This document shows, piece after piece, positions 38,919-49,051 of a stretch of 60,968 bases of DNA. Within the stretch, counting starts at the first letter, position 1; the number at the start of each line of letters is the position of its first letter. Source of the stretch: Pseudomonadota bacterium (GTDB taxonomy: Bacteria > Bdellovibrionota_F > JAHFAK01 > JBDREC01); the NCBI GenBank assembly GCA_043820105.1, contig JBDREC010000006.1, forward strand, positions 1 through 60,968, written 5' to 3'. A model generated the notes under the pieces. That model made no database searches. It had not been told where the DNA came from and saw only the letters and a list, made by a program, of their open reading frames with translations. The translations under genes and the position numbers were made by a program.

Positions 38919-40331
38919 TTAGATTGGTTTATATGCTTTCATTTTTCTAAAACATAATAATAACAGAATGCCATTAATAAATATTAGGATTAATATCTTG
39001 TCCATTACATTTAATACAGCTCCTAAAAGGCCTGGTGCTTGATAAGGAAACCTTGGCAGCTTATTTGGATCAAGAGGAAGCTTTGACATGCAAACATTTG
39101 CCCAGGCATTTTCCTCACTAAACAGATGCTTGCTTGCAGGATCCTTTAAATCTTCTTTTATAATAAAATCAGAATATTTATTATAATATCCAATAAATTC
39201 ATTAAAGAAATTATCAAATTTATATATTCCAGTATTACTTATTTTTTCTATTATATTTTTGAACATCACAACAGGTGAAAAGGTCAGCTTATCTTTAACA
39301 GACAAAATCTGATTAATTTTATCTGTCGCCTGCTTTTTTTTCATCTCAAACCCTATTCTATCAAGATCCATTGAAAGCTTTGCTCTTTTTCTTGCATATT
39401 CCTTATTGCAATCTTCTTCATCATCTATCCCCAATTTTTCATCAGGAGTTAAAGACCTCTTATTCCACACATTATCCTGCATTTGCTTTATCTTTTTCTG
39501 GACCTTATATTGACTGGGTATGGGATAAAAAATGCCAGCCAGAGCCTTTTCAGATGCAGGTATCAGTATAACTAAAACTGACCAGATAAAAACCAATAAA
39601 ATAATGCTTATGTATGACTTCTTAATAATTAATGACAAATACAGTCCAAGCAAAGTAAAGATCGATAAAAAGATAAGGCTTATAAAATAAGTTATTATTA
39701 GCTTCCACAAAAAGATATCTTGAAAGTATTTATAAAATATCACAAAACCCATATCAATTATTAAGCCAAAGCCTAAAACTAAAGAAAGTAAAATGATAAT
39801 TGATAGATATTTTGCAAGCAATTGATGTGCTTTTTTTATTTTAAAGGAATATAGTATTTGCTGATTCTTATTGCTGCTTTCAATAATAAAAGCATCATAG
39901 CTTAAAATTAGTGCAAGCAAGGTCATAATGATTGTAATAATAAATACTGCATCAAAAGACTCTTGCTTGATTAATGAGTAAATATTTTGTTTTGAATACA
40001 AGGGAAATTTAAAATTATAAAGATTCATTGAAGCATAATCTGGCAACTGGCTACTTTGGGGCTTACTTAGAATATATATAGGATCAGGTTTAAGATAAAT
40101 TTTCTGGCTGACCAGGGTCAGGTTTGCAAGGTTTTTGGAATAATTTTTTATTAAAGAATTATTTTCCTCCTGGGACAATTCAAAGTCTTTTATTTCATCT
40201 GAAAACTTTATACTGAAAAACAAAGCATTAAACAAAAACATAAGAGCTACTAAAACAAAGGCTATAATAAACTTGGTTTTTCCAATATTAAGCTTCAGCT
40301 CATTTTTTAATAGAAATAAAAATGTTTTCAT
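38919..40331 (-). CDS. ABC-2 type permease with large extracytoplasmic loops
   Basis: Six-TM pattern, LSYDA, LLAKYL, TFSP motifs; paralogous to the neighbouring gene. Confidence 0.8.
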   Translation of the reverse strand: MKTFLFLLKNELKLNIGKTKFIIAFVLVALMFLFNALFFSIKFSDEIKDFELSQEENNSLIKNYSKNLANLTLVSQKIYLKPDPIYILSKPQSSQLPDYASMNLYNFKFPLYSKQNIYSLIKQESFDAVFIITIIMTLLALILSYDAFIIESSNKNQQILYSFKIKKAHQLLAKYLSIIILLSLVLGFGLIIDMGFVIFYKYFQDIFLWKLIITYFISLIFLSIFTLLGLYLSLIIKKSYISIILLVFIWSVLVILIPASEKALAGIFYPIPSQYKVQKKIKQMQDNVWNKRSLTPDEKLGIDDEEDCNKEYARKRAKLSMDLDRIGFEMKKKQATDKINQILSVKDKLTFSPVVMFKNIIEKISNTGIYKFDNFFNEFIGYYNKYSDFIIKEDLKDPASKHLFSEENAWANVCMSKLPLDPNKLPRFPYQAPGLLGAVLNVMDKILILIFINGILLLLCFRKMKAYKPI

Positions 40332-41839
40332 CTCAAATCTGCCTTTTTTAATAATAATACCGCTAAAAAATATAAAAAGAGGTTCATCAATATGAGAATC
40401 ATCGCGTTTAAGCTTATTATAAGGTTTTGATCCTTTACTTTTGTATAAATAAATTCAAATTTAGGTATATCTAAAGTATCAATCGTCTGGTAATATTTAT
40501 ATAAATTATCATAAGTATCCAAATAAACCTTTTCTGTATGTTTCATTCCATAGTAGAAATCATCATCATCTAAGGGAAAATTTTTTTCTTTTAAGGGAGT
40601 AAAATATAAATAGCTTTTTAAGATCTTCTTATCATCAAGATATTTAATATATTCATTTCTGTATGCTTTAACCTTTTCCATATAAGCAAAGAAGTTTCTG
40701 TAATTAGTGCCAGAAAGTAAAGACAAACTGTTATCGAGCAAATAAGATGGTGAAAAAAAAGAATACTCATTAATCTTTTCCAGCAAAAGTAAAAACTTAT
40801 TAAAAAAATCAGCTGTAATTTTTGCTTTTTTTAAAGCATATTTCATTCTTAATTTTTCAAGATCATGATAGTATTCTTTAAACTTTTCCATGGCCTCTTT
40901 TTTGGCGTTTAAAACTACTTCGTTATATCTTGAAGTAAAATACTTATCATGCTCACCTGAAAGCACCTCAAGCTTATCACTAAGCTCCATATCAAGTTCA
41001 ATTATACTACCCTCAACTTCTTCAAAATCAGGGACTTTATATATATTAGAAATAAACATATTTACTGCTGAGTTTAAAATAAAGCTCAGAAATATCCAAA
41101 AAAACAAAACAAGAACCATGGAGTTTGCTGACCTTTTAGATATAATAGAGATATTGATGGCCATTAAGATGAAAAGTGATAAGTAAATTTGAAATATCAC
41201 AAACGAAAAAATAAATCTGAGCCATTCTGATGAATCAAAGTTAAGCTTTGGATGAAAATAAAATATCATGGAAACTATAATAAAGGATATGAACAGAATC
41301 AAATAAACACTTAATATAATAGCAAGGTATTTTCCCAAAACTAAAGCCTGCATAGAGACCTTATTTGAGCATATCAATTTTAGATTCCGGTTATCCTTGG
41401 AAAAACAATCAAAGGCAAAAAGCAAAGCCAAAAGCGTTATAATAATTTTAAAAATTGAAGCAAGATCAATATTTGTTAAAAGTTCCAATAATTCATTATC
41501 ATTCCCAGTCCGCTTCATGTCATAAGGTATTAGATCCAATGTAAGCTTGGAATAAAAACCAATTCTGCTGTCAATGCCTTTGGCAAGGATCCCCAACTTC
41601 TCAGGAGCTTTCATTACAAAAGGTTTCACATGATTATAGGTCACTGCCCGAGCCTGCTTTAAAAGCTCTTCCTGATAAACTTCATTATAGGCTTTTAATT
41701 CAATCTCATAATTTTTTATCAGAATGAAAGTTATAATAATTGAAATAAATAAGGCTAAACATAAGCCTGCTAAAAAACGAAATGATCTTAGGTTGTCCTT
41801 GATTTCTTTTTTAAATATTATCCAAATCATAAACTTCAT
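40328..41839 (-). CDS. ABC-2 type permease with large extracytoplasmic loops
   Basis: IFKKEIKDNLRSFRF, FAFD, LGKYL, FSPS, C-terminal KKADLR. Confidence 0.85.
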   Translation of the reverse strand: MKFMIWIIFKKEIKDNLRSFRFLAGLCLALFISIIITFILIKNYEIELKAYNEVYQEELLKQARAVTYNHVKPFVMKAPEKLGILAKGIDSRIGFYSKLTLDLIPYDMKRTGNDNELLELLTNIDLASIFKIIITLLALLFAFDCFSKDNRNLKLICSNKVSMQALVLGKYLAIILSVYLILFISFIIVSMIFYFHPKLNFDSSEWLRFIFSFVIFQIYLSLFILMAINISIISKRSANSMVLVLFFWIFLSFILNSAVNMFISNIYKVPDFEEVEGSIIELDMELSDKLEVLSGEHDKYFTSRYNEVVLNAKKEAMEKFKEYYHDLEKLRMKYALKKAKITADFFNKFLLLLEKINEYSFFSPSYLLDNSLSLLSGTNYRNFFAYMEKVKAYRNEYIKYLDDKKILKSYLYFTPLKEKNFPLDDDDFYYGMKHTEKVYLDTYDNLYKYYQTIDTLDIPKFEFIYTKVKDQNLIISLNAMILILMNLFLYFLAVLLLKKADLR

Positions 41840-41871
41840 TCTGTATTTTTATTGATAACTTAATGCATAAT

Positions 41872-41887
41872 AGCATAAAGCATACCA
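41872..41887 (-). promoter_or_regulatory. sigma54 promoter for the permease genes
   Basis: TGGTATGCTTTATGCT (GG-N10-GC). Confidence 0.6.
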
Positions 41888-42044
41888 GACTGGCGCCTGA
41901 TTTTTTGCTTTAATTTCATATGGATATATTTGCTATTTACAAAACCCATAAGTTGTGCTACACAAATATGCACAAATTAGGTAAAAATGGGAAATTATGA
42001 AACGCTCATATCCAAAACAATTCGTTATTACTGTCTTTTCTTCC

Positions 42045-42060
42045 TGGTATGCTTATTGCT
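42045..42060 (+). promoter_or_regulatory. sigma54 promoter for the ATPase-kinase-regulator operon
   Basis: TGGTATGCTTATTGCT (GG-N10-GC), near-identical to the divergent copy. Confidence 0.65.
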
Positions 42061-42106
42061 ACTTCGCCTAATATAATTGTTAAGTAAAATAAAATTAGGT
42101 TAAGAC

Positions 42107-42814
42107 ATGTTAGAATTTAATAATTTAACAAAAAGATATGATGATAAAATACTGGCCCTTGATGATTTTACTTTAAAAGTAAGAAAGGGTGAAATCTTTT
42201 GTCTCTTAGGTGCCAATGGTGCAGGCAAAACAACGATTGTGAACCTTATCTTAAATTACATAGATCCAAGCTCAGGTTCAGTCAATGTTAATGGTCTTGA
42301 TGTTAATGAAAAGGCTTTTGAATCTAAAGAATTCATTGCCTATATTCCAGAAAATGTAGCCTTATATGATAACATGACAGTTACAGATAACCTTGAATTT
42401 TTTGCTAAATTAAGTGGCAGAAATAAGCTTAGCAAGTTTGACTATTACTCTTATCTAAGAAGAGTGGGAATGCCTGAAAACTCCTTTAATAAAAAATTAT
42501 CCAAAGTATCTAAAGGAATGAAACAGAAACTTGCAATAGCTATAGCTGTAATAAAAGACAGCCCTGTAATTATTTTAGATGAACCAACTGCTGGCCTTGA
42601 TCCAAAGGCTGCTAGCGAATTTTTAGAAACCCTTTTGGAACTAAAAAAAGAAGAAAAAACAATATTCATGGTTACCCATGATATTTTTAGAGCAAAAACT
42701 ATTTGCGATAAAATAGGCATAATGAAACAAGGCAGGCTTGTAATGATTCTTACTAAAGAAGAACTTGCAAGCCAGGACCTGGAAAAAATATATTTGGATT
42801 ACATGAAACAATAA
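42107..42814 (+). CDS. ABC transporter ATP-binding protein
   Basis: GANGAGKT, VSKGMKQK, ILDEPTAGLDP. Confidence 0.93.
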   Translation: MLEFNNLTKRYDDKILALDDFTLKVRKGEIFCLLGANGAGKTTIVNLILNYIDPSSGSVNVNGLDVNEKAFESKEFIAYIPENVALYDNMTVTDNLEFFAKLSGRNKLSKFDYYSYLRRVGMPENSFNKKLSKVSKGMKQKLAIAIAVIKDSPVIILDEPTAGLDPKAASEFLETLLELKKEEKTIFMVTHDIFRAKTICDKIGIMKQGRLVMILTKEELASQDLEKIYLDYMKQ

Positions 42815-42826
42815 TAGAAGCATATT

Positions 42827-44083
42827 ATGTTACATAACTTGAGAAGCCATCTTAGAACTCACAGAAAAGCTTTTGGCTCTTCTGATGACAAAATTACAGC
42901 CTTTTTAAAAACCATAACCCTAATTATTGATCCCCCGATATTATATAACAGTATTTGCAGCAAACTAAACGATATCTTTGCTTTTGATTCTTTATATCTG
43001 TTTTTATTTAATGATTTAACAAATGACTTTCACCTGGTTCATAAAATCAGCACAAGCCCTAATAATTTTTTCTTTTTCTTCAATGGAAACGGAAAACTGA
43101 TAAAATGGCTTAAAATCAATGAAACTTACTTGGATATAAACCATGACAGCTCTATTTTAAGGGACTTTGACCAAAGCGAAAAAGATAATATTTCATCATT
43201 AGATGGTAATTACTGTTTTCCACTTGTTTCAATGAATTCTTTAATAGGCTTTTTAGTGCTTGAAAAAAACAAGCCTCCATTAAGTGAAAAGCAAAAAGAG
43301 CTTTTACTAACCTTGCTAAGTCAGGCTGCCCTTTCAATAAAAAATGCTCAGCTTCTTAAGGAACAACAACTAAAACTTACTAAAATGCTCACAGCTGACA
43401 GGCTGGCTGTTGCCGGCCAACTAGCAAGCGGAGCAGCCCATGAAATAAAAAATCCTTTAACAGCCATAAGAAGCCTTATGCAATATCTGCAGGATAATCC
43501 TGATGATAAAGATGCCCAAAGCATGATGACAGCTGTAATTTCAGAGGTTGATAGAATCGATGAAATAATAAAAGGATTGCTTACCTTCTCCAAAACAGAA
43601 ATCGAAACTGTAAGTGACTTTAATTTTAAGGTAGTGACACAACAAACCCTTTCACTTATAAAGGCACAGCTTCAAAAGAAAAATATTAATTTAGATTTAT
43701 CCTGGAAAGCTGATAAAACTAATATCTCAGGCAACAAAAATCAGCTCACGCAAATCATCCTAAATCTCATATTAAATGCAGCTCAGGCAATTGAAAGTGA
43801 TGGTGATATAGCAATCAGCCTTGATTACATCAATGACCCAATTAATAATGGCACTTATCTGATGCGAATCAGTGACACAGGCCCTGGAATAGACAAGGAA
43901 AATCTAAGCAAGATTTTTGATCCATTTTTCACCACCAAAAAGGAAGGCAATGGCCTGGGCTTATTCACAGTCTACGGAATAATACAAAAATATGGAGGGG
44001 ATATTTCTGTTGAAAACACAGGAAAAATGGGTACTACCTTTTTACTCAAATTTCCTGAAAAACAAATGGGGAAATTACAATGA
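42827..44083 (+). CDS. cytoplasmic GAF-domain histidine kinase
   Basis: AHEIKNPL H-box; N, DTGPG, FFTTK and GLGL boxes; GAF-like N-terminus; no clear TM helix. Confidence 0.9.
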   Translation: MLHNLRSHLRTHRKAFGSSDDKITAFLKTITLIIDPPILYNSICSKLNDIFAFDSLYLFLFNDLTNDFHLVHKISTSPNNFFFFFNGNGKLIKWLKINETYLDINHDSSILRDFDQSEKDNISSLDGNYCFPLVSMNSLIGFLVLEKNKPPLSEKQKELLLTLLSQAALSIKNAQLLKEQQLKLTKMLTADRLAVAGQLASGAAHEIKNPLTAIRSLMQYLQDNPDDKDAQSMMTAVISEVDRIDEIIKGLLTFSKTEIETVSDFNFKVVTQQTLSLIKAQLQKKNINLDLSWKADKTNISGNKNQLTQIILNLILNAAQAIESDGDIAISLDYINDPINNGTYLMRISDTGPGIDKENLSKIFDPFFTTKKEGNGLGLFTVYGIIQKYGGDISVENTGKMGTTFLLKFPEKQMGKLQ

Positions 44084-45426
44084 AAACTAAGGTTTTAATA
44101 GTAGATGACCAAAAAAACATTTTAATGGTTCTGGAAAAAACCCTTATAAAAGCAGGTTTTCAGGTAGAACTAGCTAGCTCTGGTGTTGAAGCTATTGAAA
44201 ATGCTAAAACATTTCATCCTGAGATCTTGTTAGTTGATTTAATGATGCCAGGCATGGATGGAATACAAACCATGATTAAAATATCTAAAAACCACCCTAG
44301 CCTCAAAACAATTGTTATGACAGCTCATGCCTCTGTTAATACTGCAATCAAAGCCATGAAGGCAGGTGCATATGATTACATAACAAAACCCTTTGACAAT
44401 GATGAGCTTATTCTAACTCTGAAAAAAGTTTCAGAATTCACTGAACTAAGCAGCAAAATAAACAGACTTCAATCTGAGCTGGAAGCTAAATATACTTTTG
44501 ATAATATCATCTATCAATCCTCCAAAATGGACTCAGTAATATCACTTGCAAGCAAAGTAGCAAATATTGACACAACTGTTTTAGTAATTGGAGAAAGCGG
44601 CACAGGCAAAGAATTAATTGCCAAGGGAATTCATTATGCTTCCTCTCGCAGAGACAAACCCTTTGTTGCTGTGAATTGTGGAGCCATTCCACATAACCTG
44701 ATTGAATCAGAGTTCTTTGGTTATGAAAAAGGTGCCTTCACAGGAGCCAATGCTTCAAAGCCTGGTAAATTTGAACAAGCTAATCAAGGCACAATCTTCC
44801 TAGACGAAATCGGTGAAATGCCAAAGGATGCTCAGGTCAGGCTTTTAAGAGTCCTTCAAGAATATGAAGTCACCAGAATTGGTGGAAAAAATAATATTAA
44901 AGTGGATGTAAGGATAATAGCAGCAACCAACAAAAACCTGGAAGAAGAAATCCAATTGGGTAATTTCAGATCTGACCTTTTCTTCAGATTAGCTAGTTTC
45001 AGCATAAAACTACCTTCCTTAAAAGAAAAACGAAGCGATATCCCTATGCTTGCTGAACATTTTATAAATAAATTTAACAAAAAATTAGGCTTAAACATAA
45101 ATAATATAAGCACTGATTTTATAAGAGCCCTAGAAAAATATACCTGGCCAGGAAATGTAAGAGAACTAGAAAACGCTATTTCTCAAGCCATGATCCTATC
45201 TGAAAGCAATAAGTTGGACCCAATCCACCTACCCCTAAGAATAAAAAACAACGATGTCTCAAGTTTTACAGCAATCACAAGCAACGATTTTGCTGAATTC
45301 AATGAAAAGAAGATAATTGTTGAAAGGCTTAAAGATAATTTTGGCAATCGGACAAAGACTGCTGATGATTTGGGATTAAGTCGAAAGACTTTGTTTAATA
45401 AGATTAAGAGGTTTGGGATTGGGTGA
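44080..45426 (+). CDS. sigma54-dependent response regulator (NtrC family)
   Basis: Receiver domain, GESGTGKE, GAFTGA, WPGNVREL, Fis-type HTH. Confidence 0.95.
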   Translation: MKTKVLIVDDQKNILMVLEKTLIKAGFQVELASSGVEAIENAKTFHPEILLVDLMMPGMDGIQTMIKISKNHPSLKTIVMTAHASVNTAIKAMKAGAYDYITKPFDNDELILTLKKVSEFTELSSKINRLQSELEAKYTFDNIIYQSSKMDSVISLASKVANIDTTVLVIGESGTGKELIAKGIHYASSRRDKPFVAVNCGAIPHNLIESEFFGYEKGAFTGANASKPGKFEQANQGTIFLDEIGEMPKDAQVRLLRVLQEYEVTRIGGKNNIKVDVRIIAATNKNLEEEIQLGNFRSDLFFRLASFSIKLPSLKEKRSDIPMLAEHFINKFNKKLGLNINNISTDFIRALEKYTWPGNVRELENAISQAMILSESNKLDPIHLPLRIKNNDVSSFTAITSNDFAEFNEKKIIVERLKDNFGNRTKTADDLGLSRKTLFNKIKRFGIG

Positions 45427-45435
45427 TTATAAAGA

Positions 45436-47613
45436 TTATTGCTTCTTTTCCTTTTCAAGAGAAACTTGATATTTAAAATCATCATTAAAAAGCTCTATTT
45501 TGATAAAAGGTCGGTTTTTCCAATTAAATTTCATTTTATACCTTGATTTAAATTTTTTAGGTATTGATGTTAAAATCAGCTTGGCCTCAGGTGGATATCT
45601 ATCATTAATAAAATATTTTGAAAGTCCTCTACTTTCCATTCCTATTATATCTTCTTTAGCTTCTTCAGTTAATTTAAACTCAAAAATATGTTTTTTTGCT
45701 TTCATATGTCGTTTATCATATTCATAGTCATCCATCTCTTCTTCGGAATAGTTTCTATTATAATCATTTCCTAAATACTTGCTTTTCTTACCAAGCAATT
45801 GAGCAGCTAAATCCCAAAAATCATCCACTGAACTTTCAAAGATCATATAATTCATAAATGCAAGGTAAATTGCAGAACCAGTATAGGCTTTATTCAAAAC
45901 CTCTAATAAAGATTCCTCTAGATTTGATATCCTATTAAGATCTTCATCATATGCATCAAGAAACAAAGTATTGCCACCATAAGTACTATATATAAAGTAC
46001 AGCCAATTCATATTGGTATCTAACACTTCAGGCGATTGAGTCTGTAGTGAAAATAAAATCCAGTACCCTTTCAAGTTTGATTCATATCTTTTAATATCAA
46101 AGAGAACAACACTATAATCTAATACATCATAACCTTTCTTCCTTGCTTTATCTTCATCTCTTATATGAAATTTAAAAATAAACTTTTCTTTCGCTGGTTC
46201 TAACAAAAGATCAGTAGGTCGTTGACTAATTTCATAAGGAATATTTTTTGATTCTCTATCATTTAATATTTCCTCAATATTTCCAACTTCTTTTAATACT
46301 TGTTGAATAGAAGGCTTATTCCTTATATAATCTTTTAATAGCAATTCCCCATTTTCCATAAACTCATTTGCAAAATCCAAATAGGTAATAAATGGATATT
46401 TATTAAGTTCATAAATCGATTTCAAATATAATTCCCAAATTATTTCTGGATCATCAGTTAAACCTCTTAAATACCAAATTATTGAATTTAAAATTCGTGC
46501 AGAATTATGTGGTACTTTTTTGTCATCCAATTCATAATGATGAAAAATATCTCCAATGGAGGCAAAACCTGAAACATCCTCATCCATACCAGAGTTGTTA
46601 GAAATCCCTCCCATTATAGGAGTATTAAAATAATTCATTGCAAAATAATAAGCAAATGCTTCATTTATAATACTTACCTGATTATTAATATAAACATATT
46701 TCACATTTTCCCCAAAATATCCATGTCCAAGCTCATGGGCAATAACCATAGGATCTAAAGAACTAGGTGGACTTGTATGACTGTATAACATTCTTATCCA
46801 GAAATCTTCATCATAATCAATATCATTTACTAAAAATAGCATTCCATATTCTTGTGGATAATTTGAATCTTCATAAGAAAAACAAGCTTTCGCTCCATCA
46901 AATCCCCCACAATCCAATTCAGTTGGATTGATTTTAACAATAATTCTTTTACTTAATTGAAATCCCAATTCTTTCATATCTTTTATTAATATTGAAAGCC
47001 AATAGTAAACATTTGATAAACTCAATAACTTAAAATTATCGTTTAAAATATCAGTAGCATTGTCACTTTGAAATGCTGCGGCTAGCTCTAGTTTTCCAAC
47101 TTTTTCAGCTTCTAATAAATTATACATTGTTGTACCTGATAATCCAAATTTATTTCCTAATTGATTAACAAATTCGTTTTCATCTTCAACTCTTTCACTT
47201 TTTACAGGCAAACCTTCTATATATGATTCCACCTCTGGTTCAGTTCTTAGTTGAACTTCATAATCTCCACCCTTTTTTCCTAGGATTAAATTGCTATTCA
47301 ATCCTTGAATACTTTGATCTTCAGAACATTGACCATAACAAACAACAATATCTTCATTTTGAAATAAAACATCATCAAAAGAAGCTTCATATGCATGACT
47401 TGGATATTCTATTAATTTATGATCAATAAATTTATAAGAAAATCTAAAATCAAAATCACCTGCTTCTCTTGTTACTTTTGAAACAACAGGAATTTTTAAT
47501 GTTTTGGATTCTGCCAAGTCAAAAACAAAAATATTTATAAGTAAAATTAACAATGGAAAAAAGCTGTTTTTTTGATAATAGACAAATTTATTCTTATTCA
47601 TAATAAATCTCAT
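45436..47613 (-). CDS. secreted zinc metalloprotease (thermolysin-like gluzincin)
   Basis: Signal peptide; AHELGH, INEAFA third ligand, PHNS. Confidence 0.7.
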   Translation of the reverse strand: MRFIMNKNKFVYYQKNSFFPLLILLINIFVFDLAESKTLKIPVVSKVTREAGDFDFRFSYKFIDHKLIEYPSHAYEASFDDVLFQNEDIVVCYGQCSEDQSIQGLNSNLILGKKGGDYEVQLRTEPEVESYIEGLPVKSERVEDENEFVNQLGNKFGLSGTTMYNLLEAEKVGKLELAAAFQSDNATDILNDNFKLLSLSNVYYWLSILIKDMKELGFQLSKRIIVKINPTELDCGGFDGAKACFSYEDSNYPQEYGMLFLVNDIDYDEDFWIRMLYSHTSPPSSLDPMVIAHELGHGYFGENVKYVYINNQVSIINEAFAYYFAMNYFNTPIMGGISNNSGMDEDVSGFASIGDIFHHYELDDKKVPHNSARILNSIIWYLRGLTDDPEIIWELYLKSIYELNKYPFITYLDFANEFMENGELLLKDYIRNKPSIQQVLKEVGNIEEILNDRESKNIPYEISQRPTDLLLEPAKEKFIFKFHIRDEDKARKKGYDVLDYSVVLFDIKRYESNLKGYWILFSLQTQSPEVLDTNMNWLYFIYSTYGGNTLFLDAYDEDLNRISNLEESLLEVLNKAYTGSAIYLAFMNYMIFESSVDDFWDLAAQLLGKKSKYLGNDYNRNYSEEEMDDYEYDKRHMKAKKHIFEFKLTEEAKEDIIGMESRGLSKYFINDRYPPEAKLILTSIPKKFKSRYKMKFNWKNRPFIKIELFNDDFKYQVSLEKEKKQ

Positions 47614-47637
47614 TAGATTTTCTAATAAAGTTAAACA

Positions 47638-48942
47638 TTAATTTAATATTCCTGCTAAATATTCTTTTGCCACAACTAAAGCATCCTGACCATTTTCAAC
47701 TATAATATCAGGTTCAAAGCCCACACCTTCTATATTAATGCCATCATCAGGCTCCAGATATCTTGCACCCACTTTAATTAACAACCTAGAATTAGGGAGA
47801 ATGGCGAAACCGTGACCGCCATAATGATATGCACCTGCGCTATTTTGACCTATTAAAAGCACATTTCTTTTTTCAGGTTCAATAGCCTTATCAAGCTCTT
47901 TTAAAAGATAAACTGAATCTTCTGCACTTGAAGCAACAAGAGAATCAATGAGAACGATTATGGTTCCATTATAATCATTTTTTGCTTTACCCCTAAAGCG
48001 ACTTCCTTGCCTTATATCATAACCAGACAAATTATTATATACAGAGTTACCATATTCAGCGATTCTGTTAAAAATACTTTCAATACGTGTAGGGTCTGGA
48101 GTTATATTATTTCGCAACTCTTCCATTGCCTCATATTCATCCATTGAAACTCTCATGGCAAGAGCAGATGGTGAATAAGGGTAATATCTTTTAGGATAAT
48201 ATAGACGTTTCTTTTTAGATAAAAATTTACTGATAAAATTATTGCATGGCTGGTCACCACCCAAATTTCCTCTAAAATCTATGACTACAGCCTTTGCTGA
48301 TATTATTTCTTGATGTTTATTTTCAAAGCCATCAAAACCCAAGTCGTTCTCATCCAAACTTTCCTTAATTCCAACAATTTTAATCTCTGTGTTATTTACA
48401 GTATCTGTTTTTAAATTCCAAAGTTTGTCAGGATTTTCATCTGCAATGTTTACACCAATATCACTACGTCTTGCAGGATTTGGTTTTTTATAATCACCAC
48501 ATAGCTGCAGCAGATATATATTACTCGAAGATATAGAAAGATGCTCATCCCTAATGTTCAATTTCAAAGCCTTATTAATATCTGTACATAAATCCCAAAT
48601 AAAGACCGCATCTGTTTCATCTTTGATAAATTCAAGGGCATCAAGGGCCATTTTAAAATCTGCTTTATCTATAAAATCTTTTCCTATATAAACATTATTC
48701 ATAATAAATAAAAGATAATCTATGTCCTCCTGTAGCTCTTCCCTCGTCAATATCCCTGATTTAGGAGGTTCTGTATTTATAGGCTTTTTTAATTCTTCAA
48801 TAAATGAATGCATTTCCTCTTTTGTAGGATTCTCAAGATCTTTAAATTCTGGTTTTATAAGAAACAGGTCTTCTGGATTAATTGTGGCAAGCAATGCACT
48901 TGAAAAGAAGATAATAATAATAAAATGTACAAATTTACTCAT
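47638..48942 (-). CDS. S41 family peptidase, secreted
   Basis: IDFRGNLGG, ASSAE catalytic Ser, GQNSAGA, EGVGFEPDI; GGAGGA RBS before ATG 48942. Confidence 0.85.
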   Translation of the reverse strand: MSKFVHFIIIIFFSSALLATINPEDLFLIKPEFKDLENPTKEEMHSFIEELKKPINTEPPKSGILTREELQEDIDYLLFIMNNVYIGKDFIDKADFKMALDALEFIKDETDAVFIWDLCTDINKALKLNIRDEHLSISSSNIYLLQLCGDYKKPNPARRSDIGVNIADENPDKLWNLKTDTVNNTEIKIVGIKESLDENDLGFDGFENKHQEIISAKAVVIDFRGNLGGDQPCNNFISKFLSKKKRLYYPKRYYPYSPSALAMRVSMDEYEAMEELRNNITPDPTRIESIFNRIAEYGNSVYNNLSGYDIRQGSRFRGKAKNDYNGTIIVLIDSLVASSAEDSVYLLKELDKAIEPEKRNVLLIGQNSAGAYHYGGHGFAILPNSRLLIKVGARYLEPDDGINIEGVGFEPDIIVENGQDALVVAKEYLAGILN

Positions 48943-49051
48943 AAAAGTCCTCCAAAATTGTTTGAACAACATTGACTGGCATATTATTTAACGCATTAGC
49001 ACACACAATGACACTTAGCAATATTTTTTTTGTTATTAATGTCACCGGATC

